Positions 9,050 through 18,241 of a DNA stretch of 29,824 nucleotides are shown piece after piece. Below the pieces are notes generated by a model. That model saw nothing but the letters and a program-made list of their open reading frames with translations. It was not told where the DNA came from and made no database searches. Made by a program: the position numbers and the translations under genes. The DNA is from Synechococcus sp. (lineage in GTDB: Bacteria > Cyanobacteriota > Cyanobacteriia > Thermostichales > PCC-7336): positions 1 through 29,824 of the forward strand of contig JBFRWD010000159.1 of the NCBI GenBank assembly GCA_051439425.1. The letters are read 5' to 3'. The number at the start of each line of letters is the position of its first letter. The stretch's first letter is position 1.

Positions 9050-9655
9050 TCAGTCCATTTTGGCTCCGCTGAGCAGGAAAACTGGGTCGAGCGGTACTAA
9101 TTTCTGGCTTAATCCTTTCGTTTCTAGGCGATTAACGGCAGATTGAATGACATCAATTTGGCGTGCTTGTACAGCAGACAGACCTTCTGACAAGGCGTAG
9201 AGAGTTTCTAACGATCCTGCGGTAGCAACCAGCCGCCCTTCCGGAACTAAATAATCCCAGCATTTAACCAGTAATTCTCCAATGGATTTCCCCCCTTCCA
9301 GGCAAATGCGATCGGGTGGGTGACGCAGGTCTGCCAAACACTCAGGGGCGTTGCCTTGAACGATCTCGACATTGGCGACCCCAAACTTCTGGCAATTTTG
9401 ATCAATCAGCTCGATCACATCGGCATCTCTTTCGATCGCATAGATTGTTAATTCTGGACAGAGCAATCCTGCCTCCACAGCGATTGTTCCGGTGCCCGCC
9501 CCGATATCCCATAAGCACCCTTGCTGAGGTAAGAGCAATTGACTGAGCAGAAGCACCCGCACTTCGCGATTGCTAAGAGGAATACCGGGAATGCGATGAA
9601 ACTCACGGTCGGGAATACCGGGGGTGCGATAAGGCCAAGCAGCAGCTTCGGGCAT
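9050..9655 (-). CDS. cbiT: Precorrin-6B/6Y C15-methyltransferase (decarboxylating), cobalamin synthesis
   Basis: WPYRTPGIPD..F...PGIPLS.REVR N-terminus typical of cyanobacterial CbiT, and the SAM motif LWDIGAGTGTI. Start is ATG 9655; alternative ATG 9670. Confidence 0.9.
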   Translation of the reverse strand: MPEAAAWPYRTPGIPDREFHRIPGIPLSNREVRVLLLSQLLLPQQGCLWDIGAGTGTIAVEAGLLCPELTIYAIERDADVIELIDQNCQKFGVANVEIVQGNAPECLADLRHPPDRICLEGGKSIGELLVKCWDYLVPEGRLVATAGSLETLYALSEGLSAVQARQIDVIQSAVNRLETKGLSQKLVPLDPVFLLSGAKMD

Positions 9656-9868
9656 GACACGCAGGCGCATAACAATAAACCAGCGACTGCATTGTGGCGC
9701 AGAACGCTGGTTTGACTGCAGAATGCCCGGTTTAACTTTGGTATCTGCCTTTGAGACCTAAGGATAAGAAGCCTTAGGCCCCTGCCTGCAACAATATGAA
9801 GAACTCGCCACTTCTAGATTTCAATCAGGTTAAAACCAGTTGAATCACGAAACGTGTTGCGTAGAGAG

Positions 9869-10903
9869 CTACTTCCAGCCAGCTTCATCGAAGATGATAA
9901 TGGCTTCAGCATCGTTGCCGCTAAATTCACTCAGGCTGGCTTCGTCGGTTTTATATTCACCCATCTCGGCTACAACCGGATCGATGTCTACCCCTTCAAC
10001 AACGGGGTACTCGTTATTCCCCTCGGCAAAAATGGCTTGGGCCTCGGGAGTCGTCAAGTATTCTAAAAATGCAACCGCAGCGTCTGGGTTCGGTGCATTG
10101 GCCAAAACGCCTGCACCGCTGATGTTGACGTGGGTACCGCGATCGTCCTGATTGGGGAAAAAGATGGCTGTAGCTTCGGCAACAGCATTGTCAGCCGCAT
10201 CGTCAGATTTCGCTAAACGAGCCCAATAGTAATGGTTGGAGACTGCTACATCGCACAGCCCTGCCGCCACCGCTTTAATTTGGTCGGTATCTCCTCCCTC
10301 GGGTTCGCGAGCGAAATTATTAACCATTCCCTCAGCCCATGCCGAGGCAGCGTCACTACCATCGTTGTAAATCAGAGACGCCATCAACGATTGGTTGTAA
10401 ATATTGGTCGAACTCCGAATGCACACTTCCCCTTCCCACTCTGGCCCTGCCAAGGCTTCGTAGGTAGATAGATCAGCAGGATCGACCGTTTCTGGGTTGT
10501 AGACAATCACGCGGGCACGTTGGGTTAATCCAAACCAATGTCCGTCGGGGTGACGCAAATTATCAGGAATGGCAACTTCCAAGGTGTCGGAGTCAACAGG
10601 CTGGAATAATCCCTCGCTGTCTGCCTTTGCTAGACGACCGACATCCACCGTAATAAAGAGGTCCGCAGGACTGTTCGCGCCCTCATTTATGAGGCGTTCA
10701 ATCAATTCGTCCCCATCGCCCTCGAGCAGGTTGACTTCGATACCAGTTTGCTCGGTGAAGTTGTCGTACAGTGCTTGGTCAGTGTCGTAATGACGTGAGG
10801 AATAGAGATTGAGCACATCCTCTTGAGCATTTACATTGGAGCTGACAACGAATGTGGCAGTTGCAGACGCCAGAGTAACGCTAAGAATAGCAATTTTCTT
10901 CAT
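9869..10903 (-). CDS. futA: Fe(III) ABC transporter substrate-binding protein (FutA/IdiA family)
   Basis: Signal peptide MKKIAIL...VNA-Q and motifs LYSSRHY, RSSTNIYNQSL, SNHYYW (Tyr ligands) and GTHVNISG. Start refined to ATG 10903. Confidence 0.93.
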   Translation of the reverse strand: MKKIAILSVTLASATATFVVSSNVNAQEDVLNLYSSRHYDTDQALYDNFTEQTGIEVNLLEGDGDELIERLINEGANSPADLFITVDVGRLAKADSEGLFQPVDSDTLEVAIPDNLRHPDGHWFGLTQRARVIVYNPETVDPADLSTYEALAGPEWEGEVCIRSSTNIYNQSLMASLIYNDGSDAASAWAEGMVNNFAREPEGGDTDQIKAVAAGLCDVAVSNHYYWARLAKSDDAADNAVAEATAIFFPNQDDRGTHVNISGAGVLANAPNPDAAVAFLEYLTTPEAQAIFAEGNNEYPVVEGVDIDPVVAEMGEYKTDEASLSEFSGNDAEAIIIFDEAGWK

Positions 10904-11190
10904 TGTAGATTTCATCATCAAAAAAACGAATAGAGGAGAAAGACGGCGGCTGCATTTCGACAGGGGCTCGCCCTGCAACCGATCTCCGCAGGCGTCAAAC
11001 GCTGAATCGATTCAGCTTGTTCTGTGGCAACTTGAGACACCCTGCAGTATTGGAGTCGAGCTCCACAAGCACTGCAATGAGGCAGTCAGGAAACAACTGA
11101 GAACTGATGTAGAGCCCTTGCGAGAACCCCCTTAGCTGCCGTTGCCCTCAAGGCTGATGACAGAAGCTGTCATTTAGGAGTATTTACAAA

Positions 11191-11209
11191 ATTGACACTG
11201 ATTGTCAAT
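11191..11209. promoter_or_regulatory. Fur-type box in the divergent futA/piuC region, containing a minus-strand TTGACA
   Basis: ATTGACA-CTGAT-TGTCAAT is a 7-5-7 palindrome, one mismatch from ATTGAnAATnATTnTCAAT, located between two iron-stress genes. Confidence 0.75.
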
Positions 11210-11343
11210 AGAAACTCAAAATTTGATGTTTAATTCCCTTGAAATTGCGGCTAAATGCAAGCTATTGCAAGCGATATCCCTCCTACATGACTCCAAGCTG
11301 TAGCGATCGAGCGAATTCTCATCAGCAGGCCATCTACAGACTT

Positions 11344-11362
11344 ATTGAGAATGAGTTTGGAG
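11344..11362 (+). promoter_or_regulatory. Partial Fur-type box upstream of piuC
   Basis: ATTGAGAATGAGTTTGGAG has a perfect left half-site (ATTGAGAAT) and a degenerate right half. Confidence 0.5.
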
Positions 11363-11477
11363 ATTTGCTTCAGGTGGAGTGAGTAGGTTGTCGCACCGTT
11401 CTTCTGACCGAAGTGAGTGGATGGCTTTCGCAACATTAGGATTAGGAACGACCAAAACAGGAGTGTTAGACAAGCGC

Positions 11478-12170
11478 ATGATTGTTTGCATGGGTAGGGT
11501 GCTCACCGAATCAGAGCTATCTAGAATTCAGGAATGCCTTTCTGGGGCAGAGTTTGTGGATGGTAAGTTGACTGCAGGCTGGCATGCCAAACAAGTTAAG
11601 AACAATCAGCAATTGTCCACTAAGTCTCCGGTGGCTACCGAGCTTACCGATGTGGTGATGAAAGCTCTGCGGCGTCATGACCTTTTTCAAATTGCAGCTC
11701 GCCCTCGTGTGATTCGACCACCTTTGTTTAGCCGCTACGACCAGGGCATGTCATACGGCAGGCATGTGGATAATGCCCTCATGTCTGGATTTGCAGAATC
11801 CGTTGGTGCTCCCAAACCGATGCGAACGGATATGTCGCTAACGTTGTTTCTCAATTCCCCCGATGCATATGACGGTGGGGAGTTGACAATCGAGGACTCT
11901 AGTGGAGAGCAAACCTTTAAGCTTGAGGCTGGCTCGATGGTGCTCTATCCCTCATCTACACTGCACCGGGTTGAGCCTGTCACGGCTGGTTCACGGCTGG
12001 TGGCTGTGACGTGGATCCAAAGCACAATCCGTTCACCCCAGCATCGCGAAATTTTATTTGACATAGATACTGCACGGCGATCTCTGTTTAAACAGCAGGG
12101 CAAAACCACTGAATTCGACTTGCTCACAAAAAGTATGGCCAATCTGATGCGTCTGTGGGTAGAGGTCTAA
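11478..12170 (+). CDS. piuC: PKHD-type Fe(II)/2-oxoglutarate-dependent hydroxylase (PiuC/YbiX family)
   Basis: DGKLTAG..AKQVKNNQQL, HVDN (HxD), RTDMSLTLFL, YDGGEL, LHRVEPVT.GSR, and the C-terminus ANLMRLWVEV. Start refined to ATG 11478. Confidence 0.9.
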   Translation: MIVCMGRVLTESELSRIQECLSGAEFVDGKLTAGWHAKQVKNNQQLSTKSPVATELTDVVMKALRRHDLFQIAARPRVIRPPLFSRYDQGMSYGRHVDNALMSGFAESVGAPKPMRTDMSLTLFLNSPDAYDGGELTIEDSSGEQTFKLEAGSMVLYPSSTLHRVEPVTAGSRLVAVTWIQSTIRSPQHREILFDIDTARRSLFKQQGKTTEFDLLTKSMANLMRLWVEV

Positions 12171-12183
12171 ATGGGGGGTTGCC

Positions 12184-12199
12184 TGTGATGACTGTCACA
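12184..12199. promoter_or_regulatory. Perfect CRP/FNR-family box
   Basis: TGTGA-TGACTG-TCACA is an exact TGTGA-N6-TCACA in the piuC-dps intergenic region. Confidence 0.6.
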
Positions 12200-12209
12200 C
12201 AGCAGCAGC

Positions 12210-12228
12210 TATCAAAATAATTCTCAAC
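12210..12228. promoter_or_regulatory. Fur-type box
   Basis: TATCAAAATAATTCTCAAC has the core AATAATTCTCAA matching the Fur consensus. Confidence 0.6.
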
Positions 12229-12418
12229 TAGGGATTGAAATTACTGATTGTTGATAAATGTTTGATGGCAGGTGCTGATGCGTGAGAGTGTGAGCGTGAG
12301 AAGCAAAGCCTTGCTGGAAAGGCTCTGTAGGTAAATCGATTGCATGGTTAAACCCGAGGCTGATGGTCAATGGAGGGATAGCGACTGGTAACGCCAGTCA
12401 CTCAATATCTCAGAGCTT

Positions 12419-12437
12419 ATTGAAAATACTTGCCATT
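12419..12437. promoter_or_regulatory. Fur/PerR-type box upstream of dps
   Basis: ATTGAAAATACTTGCCATT has three mismatches to ATTGAnAATnATTnTCAAT and lies about 85 nt before the dps ATG. Confidence 0.6.
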
Positions 12438-12522
12438 AAGATAAAGCGCTGTTAGGTTAATGCTGGACAGGATATTGAACCGTTGCTAGCAATGGTGTGT
12501 CGCTTTGAATGGGATGTTTTCC

Positions 12523-13065
12523 ATGGCTGAAAACTCTACGGTAGTACACGCACTCAGCGAGGTTCGCGAGAACCCAATTGGTCTGGGAACGGATGTAACC
12601 GTCCCAGTCTGTGAAGGGCTCAACATTATTCTGGCCAGCTTCGAAGCGCTCTACCTTCAATATCAAAAGCATCATTTTGTTGTTGAAGGAACTGAGTTCT
12701 ATCAGCTGCACCAATTCTTTGAGGACAGCTACGATGATGTGCGCGAGCACGTTCATGCAGTAGGCGAACGCCTCAATGGTTTGGGAGGAGTACCCGTTGC
12801 GAGTTTCGCCAAGCTAGCGGAACTGTGTTGTTTCGAGCCTGAGGTCGATGGCGCATTTGCAGCCCGCGACATGCTCGAGCACGATCTGATTGCCGAGCAA
12901 GCCATTATTGGTGTCCTGCGCTCGCAGACTGCTCAGGCTGAAAGTTTGGGCGACCGCGCTACTCGCTATCTGTTGGAAGGCATTTTGCTGAAGACGGAAG
13001 ATCGGGCCATTCACGTCGGTCATTTCTTAGCTAACGATAGTTTGACCCTTGGGCTAAACGGCTAG
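12523..13065 (+). CDS. dpsA: Dps family ferritin-like protein, cyanobacterial DpsA type
   Basis: [21 protein letters not shown] and [12 protein letters not shown] motifs; His stands in place of the canonical Asp, as in DpsA-type proteins. Start refined to ATG 12523. Confidence 0.9.
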   Translation: MAENSTVVHALSEVRENPIGLGTDVTVPVCEGLNIILASFEALYLQYQKHHFVVEGTEFYQLHQFFEDSYDDVREHVHAVGERLNGLGGVPVASFAKLAELCCFEPEVDGAFAARDMLEHDLIAEQAIIGVLRSQTAQAESLGDRATRYLLEGILLKTEDRAIHVGHFLANDSLTLGLNG

Positions 13066-13092
13066 TTGCAGAATTGAACTGGATGCTAGATC

Positions 13093-13123
13093 GCACAGTC
13101 TTGTATCGACTGTGCTCGTTTCT
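13093..13123 (+). terminator. Possible terminator or RNA-stabilising hairpin after dpsA
   Basis: GCACAGTC-TTGTATC-GACTGTGC 8-bp stem followed by TCGTTTCT, a weak U-tract. Confidence 0.45.
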
Positions 13124-13354
13124 AAAAGGCTCGAATTCGGCACCGGTTGCATTGGATAGAACTCTAAATTTCGCAGCGGTATCTGTTTAGGTTATTGCCA
13201 TTGCAGGAGTCCACAAGGCTGGCATTGGGTAACAGGTATCTCTCCTGGCAGCAGCTTTAAAGAGAATCTCGTTAATGGAGATTCCGGCTGTGTGGCCAGC
13301 ACAAATGCTTGAGGTACGAAATGCAGCTGAGTGCTGCGATAGGAGTTCTAACGG

Positions 13355-13624
13355 ATGATGGACATCCCTGGTGCCAAGCCCGAACTATCTATGCAGGCGA
13401 TCGCTGTTCCTCGACAGGATCGCTGGAGAGTAAGGCAAAGGCTACTTGAACTAGCCATTCCTGCGGTGTGTTCTGATGACGGTCACTTACATGTGGAGGT
13501 CAGAAGTAGTGTGGCAGCTTTGCAGGTCCGTAGCGTCCTCCGCCAATTTAGCGCGCATCGCTCCGAACTGGTTGACTGGCTCGAGACTTGCTGGCTTCAG
13601 GCATCTCCAGACCGAGCATCCTAG
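13355..13624 (+). CDS. Asr1405/Asl0597 family protein
   Basis: Pattern DRWRV.QRL.EL.IP..C.....L.VEV....AA.QV.SV.RQ..A.R.ELVDWLE.CW and an AGGAG RBS. The family is usually found near dps and [2Fe-2S] genes in cyanobacteria. Confidence 0.8.
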   Translation: MMDIPGAKPELSMQAIAVPRQDRWRVRQRLLELAIPAVCSDDGHLHVEVRSSVAALQVRSVLRQFSAHRSELVDWLETCWLQASPDRAS

Positions 13625-14024
13625 CTCGATAACATCGGCATCTCTAAATGTGCGATACGGTTATCGCGGCATTTGGAAAGATATATATATCAATGACAAC
13701 GGTTCCTCTATTCAGAAGGTGAATTTGGGGCCAGGTGATGCCGAATCCGAGCGGATGCCTGAAGTCGTCGATAGCCAGTATCGCTGTTTGTCCCTGCCCG
13801 GTTCAAAAGTTTGCATTCACTATCGCTTGTGCGATTCCAAGGAGATCGTCCATATGGCTTGCCCGGATGGTGTTCCTATTCGGTTGTGGCGATGTTTACA
13901 GCGTGACTTACTAGCTAATTCTTCCTAGCTATTGGCTCTATCCTCGTTCTCGTGAATGCATCGGTCTGGGGAAAGCACGCATTTTTGGGGTTGAGATTTA
14001 AAATTCGTTGTCCAGGTATGGATT

Positions 14025-14738
14025 ATGAGTGAAATGGGTCATTCCAAGCTTAAAACTCGGTTTTCTGTGACCGGACGTTTCACGCGATTCGCAATTGAAG
14101 ATGGATTTAAAATTAAGGGCTTTTATTTTGATGTAGCCGGGGAAGAAATCCTGATTAAGGCGCCAAAACGGTTGCGCTACTACTGCGCTGATTTGCTAAT
14201 GCCTGGTGCCACATTGCAGATCAGCGGTAAGAAAACGATTTATCGCGACAGCGATCGCACCCAATATAAGGCGGAAGATATCATACCGTTGGCTACCCCC
14301 ATGGCTGATGCCGCGACTGTGGGTTCTGCGGTGTTGGTAACTGACGATAGGGCCGTGGGGGATTTAGCCGGACTGGCGACCGCAAATGGTCACGCAGTTG
14401 GTTCAGCCCAAGCGGCAGAAGCTCTTGGCGATCTCGCTTCCGTACAGATTCACCCAGTGCAAGAGAAACCTTCTTCGAGAAAACCTGCTTGTATTCGCGT
14501 GTGTCAAAAATCAAGTTGCCGCAAGCGTGGGGGAGATGCAGTGTGGTCTGCTCTGGAAACGGCGATTGACGAGCAGGAGTTGGGCGATCGGGTTAAGTTG
14601 AAGGCGATGGGATGTATCGATAAATGCAAGGCTGGCCCAAATGTCATTATGCCGGGCAAGATGCGGTATAGCCGAGTTAAAGCGAAATCGGTTCCCGGTC
14701 TGCTGGAAGAACACTTTACTGCGGGTGGCAGCGAGTAG
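14025..14738 (+). CDS. Thioredoxin-like [2Fe-2S] ferredoxin domain protein (IdiC-like)
   Basis: C-terminal CQKSSC-x32-CIDKC-KAGPN four-Cys motif, an N-terminal beta-rich domain and an Ala-rich linker. Confidence 0.85.
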   Translation: MSEMGHSKLKTRFSVTGRFTRFAIEDGFKIKGFYFDVAGEEILIKAPKRLRYYCADLLMPGATLQISGKKTIYRDSDRTQYKAEDIIPLATPMADAATVGSAVLVTDDRAVGDLAGLATANGHAVGSAQAAEALGDLASVQIHPVQEKPSSRKPACIRVCQKSSCRKRGGDAVWSALETAIDEQELGDRVKLKAMGCIDKCKAGPNVIMPGKMRYSRVKAKSVPGLLEEHFTAGGSE

Positions 14739-14933
14739 GCATATGAGGGGAGCTTACGAATATTTTTGAGCGGCACGGTTCAAGCCAGGGTAACACTCTT
14801 GATTCCTCGTCAAATCCTCAAATCCATATCAATTAAGCCTTTGTGAGATGCGAGCCTTGCTCAGAGTGTTACCCTAACGCCTATGAGCTTGAACCAAGCC
14901 GCATTCACCGAGCGAACGCCTGGGGCCTGACAA

Positions 14934-16763
14934 TTACAGCTCAAAGCGAGCCAGTCGATAGGCACCTGTTTCTTCCAGAATGTTGTACGGTTGTCTGTCC
15001 AAATGATAATTCTCAAAGTCGTTAATTCTTCCCAATAGCAAATAGGAGGGTGGTTCGGATTCAGTACGCAATGAGTCCACAATGCGATGCAGATTTCCGG
15101 GGCCAGAGGCGTAATTCACGTTTTGCTGTAGGTAGAACGTGATGCTGGGTTTCATGAATCCGATCGCCACGAGCTGTTCGCTGGGCAACAGTTCCTCCGC
15201 AGCCTGAAGCGACAGTTGGCGCAAGGGGAATTGCCTCTGGGTGTCCATGAGGGGAAATGCGACAGACACAACTAACACAACAAATGCCAGCATCCCGACA
15301 ATATTGACTGCAGGAAGCCAGCGCCAGCGAGCGGCTAGAGTCACGCCAATGGCGATCGCGGCAGTCCCTCCCCAAACCAGTCCGCCCCACAGCGGTAAGC
15401 GTGCTGCCTCAATTGCTGGTAGTAAGTTCGGAGCAGAGGAGTCTTCGCCTAAGAGACTTGTGAGTAATAGGCTGGCGATTGCTAAGGCGATAAAAAAGGC
15501 AATATTGCTACCTATCTGTATCCACAGGTCTGTTGGTCGACGCTTGCTATCTGAGAGGGCGTCCGTGACATCTGTAAAGAAGCGATCTCGCCACCAGAGG
15601 GCCACCAGAATGGCAGCTGCTGGCAGCAGGGGTAATAAGTAGCTGGGTAGCTTGGTTACCGACACGCTGAAAAACACAAAGATACTGATAAACCACCAAA
15701 AGGCGAATAGCCCCAGATGTGTCGCTCGGGGTTGTTGTCTCCAGTACTTGAGTTTCCAGGCTTGAGTATGGACAATCGCTCCCGGTAAATAGATCGAAAA
15801 CGGGGCAAATCCTCCTAGCACCACCAAGAGGTAAAAGTACCAAGGGGCGGCATGATCGTTGACCACGCTCGTGAAGCGATTGAAGTTGTGATAGCCAAAA
15901 AATGAATCGATATAGCTAGAGCCATGAATCGCGCTGACTGCAATAAACCAAGGGACGCACAGACCTCCAATTACGGCGAATCCTTGCAGCAATGCCATTT
16001 CGCGCACCACTCCCCAGAAACGACCCACATGAATCAGAAATGCTCCAATCCCTAAGGCCGGGAGCACAATCGCCACTGGCCCCTTAGTGAGAACCCCGAG
16101 CCCCATAGCTGTATAGCAAGCAAGGTACCCATAGGTTTTGGCTCGTTGCGTTGATGATGTGTAGGCATAGAAAAAGGCCAGCATTGTCGCGCAAATACAG
16201 GCGGTCAGCAGCATATCTGACACACCCGTTCGTCCCCAGGCAATAGTGAGGGGGGTCAGAGCGGCAATGCTCATTCCCAACCAAGCGGAGGTCCAGTCCA
16301 GATCCGCTGGTGAGTTGCTAGTGCTAGTGGCTAACTCGTTAGCGTCTATTGCATTAGAAGAGGATCCCTTGCCGAATCTCAATAGTGCGATCGCAACAAA
16401 TGATGCGCTGGAGATCGCGGCTAGTGCTGATGGTAGGCGTGCCCCCCACTCGTTCACCCCAAGAATTCGGTACGCAGTCGCCATGCACCAGTAGATCAGC
16501 GGAGGCTTATCGAAGCGGGGTTCTCCATTGAAATATGGGGTGACCCAGTCGCCGGTCACCAGCATTTGCCGTGCCGCTTCAGCAAACAGGGGCTCGGTTT
16601 CATCCACCAGCCCCACACTACCCAGTCTCCAGATGTAGCCCAATCCGCCCAGCAGTAGGAGCAAAACCAACGTCAAGCTCCATCGGTAGGAAGGAACCCA
16701 ATTGCGAACCGGCATTGGAGGAGAGTGAGGCTGTTGGCTTGTGGAGAACTTGTTAGAAGACAT
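14934..16763 (-). CDS. Glycosyltransferase family 39 (ArnT/PMT-like)
   Basis: DETEPLFAEAARQM..TGDWVTPYFNGEPRFDKPPL.YW, LTKGP and TKLPSYLLP motifs, plus many transmembrane helices. Confidence 0.9.
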   Translation of the reverse strand: MSSNKFSTSQQPHSPPMPVRNWVPSYRWSLTLVLLLLLGGLGYIWRLGSVGLVDETEPLFAEAARQMLVTGDWVTPYFNGEPRFDKPPLIYWCMATAYRILGVNEWGARLPSALAAISSASFVAIALLRFGKGSSSNAIDANELATSTSNSPADLDWTSAWLGMSIAALTPLTIAWGRTGVSDMLLTACICATMLAFFYAYTSSTQRAKTYGYLACYTAMGLGVLTKGPVAIVLPALGIGAFLIHVGRFWGVVREMALLQGFAVIGGLCVPWFIAVSAIHGSSYIDSFFGYHNFNRFTSVVNDHAAPWYFYLLVVLGGFAPFSIYLPGAIVHTQAWKLKYWRQQPRATHLGLFAFWWFISIFVFFSVSVTKLPSYLLPLLPAAAILVALWWRDRFFTDVTDALSDSKRRPTDLWIQIGSNIAFFIALAIASLLLTSLLGEDSSAPNLLPAIEAARLPLWGGLVWGGTAAIAIGVTLAARWRWLPAVNIVGMLAFVVLVVSVAFPLMDTQRQFPLRQLSLQAAEELLPSEQLVAIGFMKPSITFYLQQNVNYASGPGNLHRIVDSLRTESEPPSYLLLGRINDFENYHLDRQPYNILEETGAYRLARFEL

Positions 16764-16905
16764 GAAAACGGTCGCTTGCAGGATATAGCCTCTAATAACC
16801 TACAGAGAACTGCATGAAATGAGATGCGCTCGATCGCACATGATATGGAACAGATGCCTATGATTCGCGCTACGGTGAACGACGTCGACTTGCTTGCAGG
16901 GTTGA

Positions 16906-18093
16906 GTGACTGGATTGGATTGGCAGACAGCACGCCAGGATACGCCGGGATGCGATCGCGTCTTGCATTTCAATAATGCGGGGGCTGCGTTGATGCCGTT
17001 ATCGGTGGTGAATGCCACGGTCGGACATCTGCAATTGGAAGCGCACATGGGTGGTTATGAAGCGGCTGCTCTCGCAACAGAAGCGATCGATCGCGTGTAT
17101 TCAGCGACTGCAGAACTATTGGGATGCAGCCCAGGCGAGATTGCCTGTCTCGAAAGTGCCACTCGCGCCTGGGATATGGCGTTTTATTCGATTGATTTTC
17201 AACCCGGAGATCGCATCCTTACGGCTGTTGCTTCTTACGCCAGCAACTACATTGCCTTTCTGCATATGGCTCGCAAACGCGGTGTCGAGATTCAGGTCAT
17301 TCCCAATGATGAATACGGACAAATCTCGATTCAGAAGCTAGAGGCGGCGATTGACGAACGCGTTAAGTTGATTGCCCTCACCCACGTTCCCACCAACGGT
17401 GGTTTGGTAAATCCGGCGGTAGAGGTTGGCCGAGTGGCTCGTGCCGCCAATGTGATTTATCTGCTAGATGCCTGTCAATCGGTCGGACAGATGCCAGTCG
17501 ATGTGAACGAGATCGGGTGTGATTTTCTGTCTGCCACCGGACGGAAGTACCTGCGTGGACCGCGGGGCACAGGTTTCTTATACGTGCGCCAAGAGCGTAT
17601 CGAACAACTGGAGCCGCCGTTTTTGGACATGCTGGCGGCAGAGTGGGTGGAGTGCGATCGCTACCGCATCCGCAGCGATGCCCGGCGCTTCGAAACTTGG
17701 GAGACGAACTACGCGGCCAAGATTGGTCTGGGGGTGGCGATTGACTATGCGCTGATGTGGGGACTGGATGCTATTGGCGATCGGGTGGGTCAACTTGCTC
17801 GTCAGTTACGGCAACAGCTTGCTGAACTGCCGGGGGTGACCGTTCGCGATCTCGGACAGGCGCAATGCGGCATTGTCACATTTACGGTTAGCGGCAACTC
17901 GGCAACAGAGATAAAGCAAAGACTGAGTCAAGTCGCTATCAACACTTCAGTGTCGGTTCGGTCAGCTACGCGACTAGATATGGAGGCGCGCCAGCAATCG
18001 GAATTTGTGCGGGCGTCTGTGCACTATTACAACAGCCAGACCGAGGTCGATCGCTTCTGTAGAGTCCTCGCTGACATCGCAAAAGCAGGCTGA
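16906..18093 (+). CDS. Class V aminotransferase / cysteine-desulfurase-like PLP enzyme
   Basis: HFNNAG, LDACQSVG, SATGRKYLRGPRGTG (PLP lysine) and VRASVHYYN motifs; GTG start. Confidence 0.88.
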   Translation: MTGLDWQTARQDTPGCDRVLHFNNAGAALMPLSVVNATVGHLQLEAHMGGYEAAALATEAIDRVYSATAELLGCSPGEIACLESATRAWDMAFYSIDFQPGDRILTAVASYASNYIAFLHMARKRGVEIQVIPNDEYGQISIQKLEAAIDERVKLIALTHVPTNGGLVNPAVEVGRVARAANVIYLLDACQSVGQMPVDVNEIGCDFLSATGRKYLRGPRGTGFLYVRQERIEQLEPPFLDMLAAEWVECDRYRIRSDARRFETWETNYAAKIGLGVAIDYALMWGLDAIGDRVGQLARQLRQQLAELPGVTVRDLGQAQCGIVTFTVSGNSATEIKQRLSQVAINTSVSVRSATRLDMEARQQSEFVRASVHYYNSQTEVDRFCRVLADIAKAG

Positions 18094-18175
18094 TAGTTAG
18101 ATACAGAGCGCTACAGGGGATTGGGTTTGATGTTCACGACTAGCGCAGGGAGCGAGACTTGGGGATCTCGCCAAA

Positions 18176-18241
18176 CACTACATGTGTGGGTTTGTGGCCA
18201 AATTCTTGAAAAAGAAATTAGTATAAACACCACATGTAGTG
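18176..18241. promoter_or_regulatory. Inverted pair of operator-like boxes (NrdR-box-like) flanking an AT-rich promoter-like spacer
   Basis: CACTACATGTG (18176-18186) and CACATGTAGTG (18231-18241) are exact reverse complements. ACACCACATGTAGTGG resembles the NrdR consensus acaCwAtATaTwGtgt. Confidence 0.45.

Noticed and set aside
11183..11199. HLR1-like TTTACAAA-A-TTGACACT upstream of futA
   Set aside because: The repeat period is 9 rather than 10 nt, and the Fur-type palindrome explains the second half.
13476..13928. 150-aa ORF in the track
   Set aside because: Its first 50 codons overlap the Asr1405-family gene in another frame. Only the short 3' portion is kept, as a low-confidence micro-ORF lead.
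15000..15017. Fur-like AATGATAATTCTCAA
   Set aside because: It lies inside the 3' end of the GT39 coding sequence with no gene start nearby.
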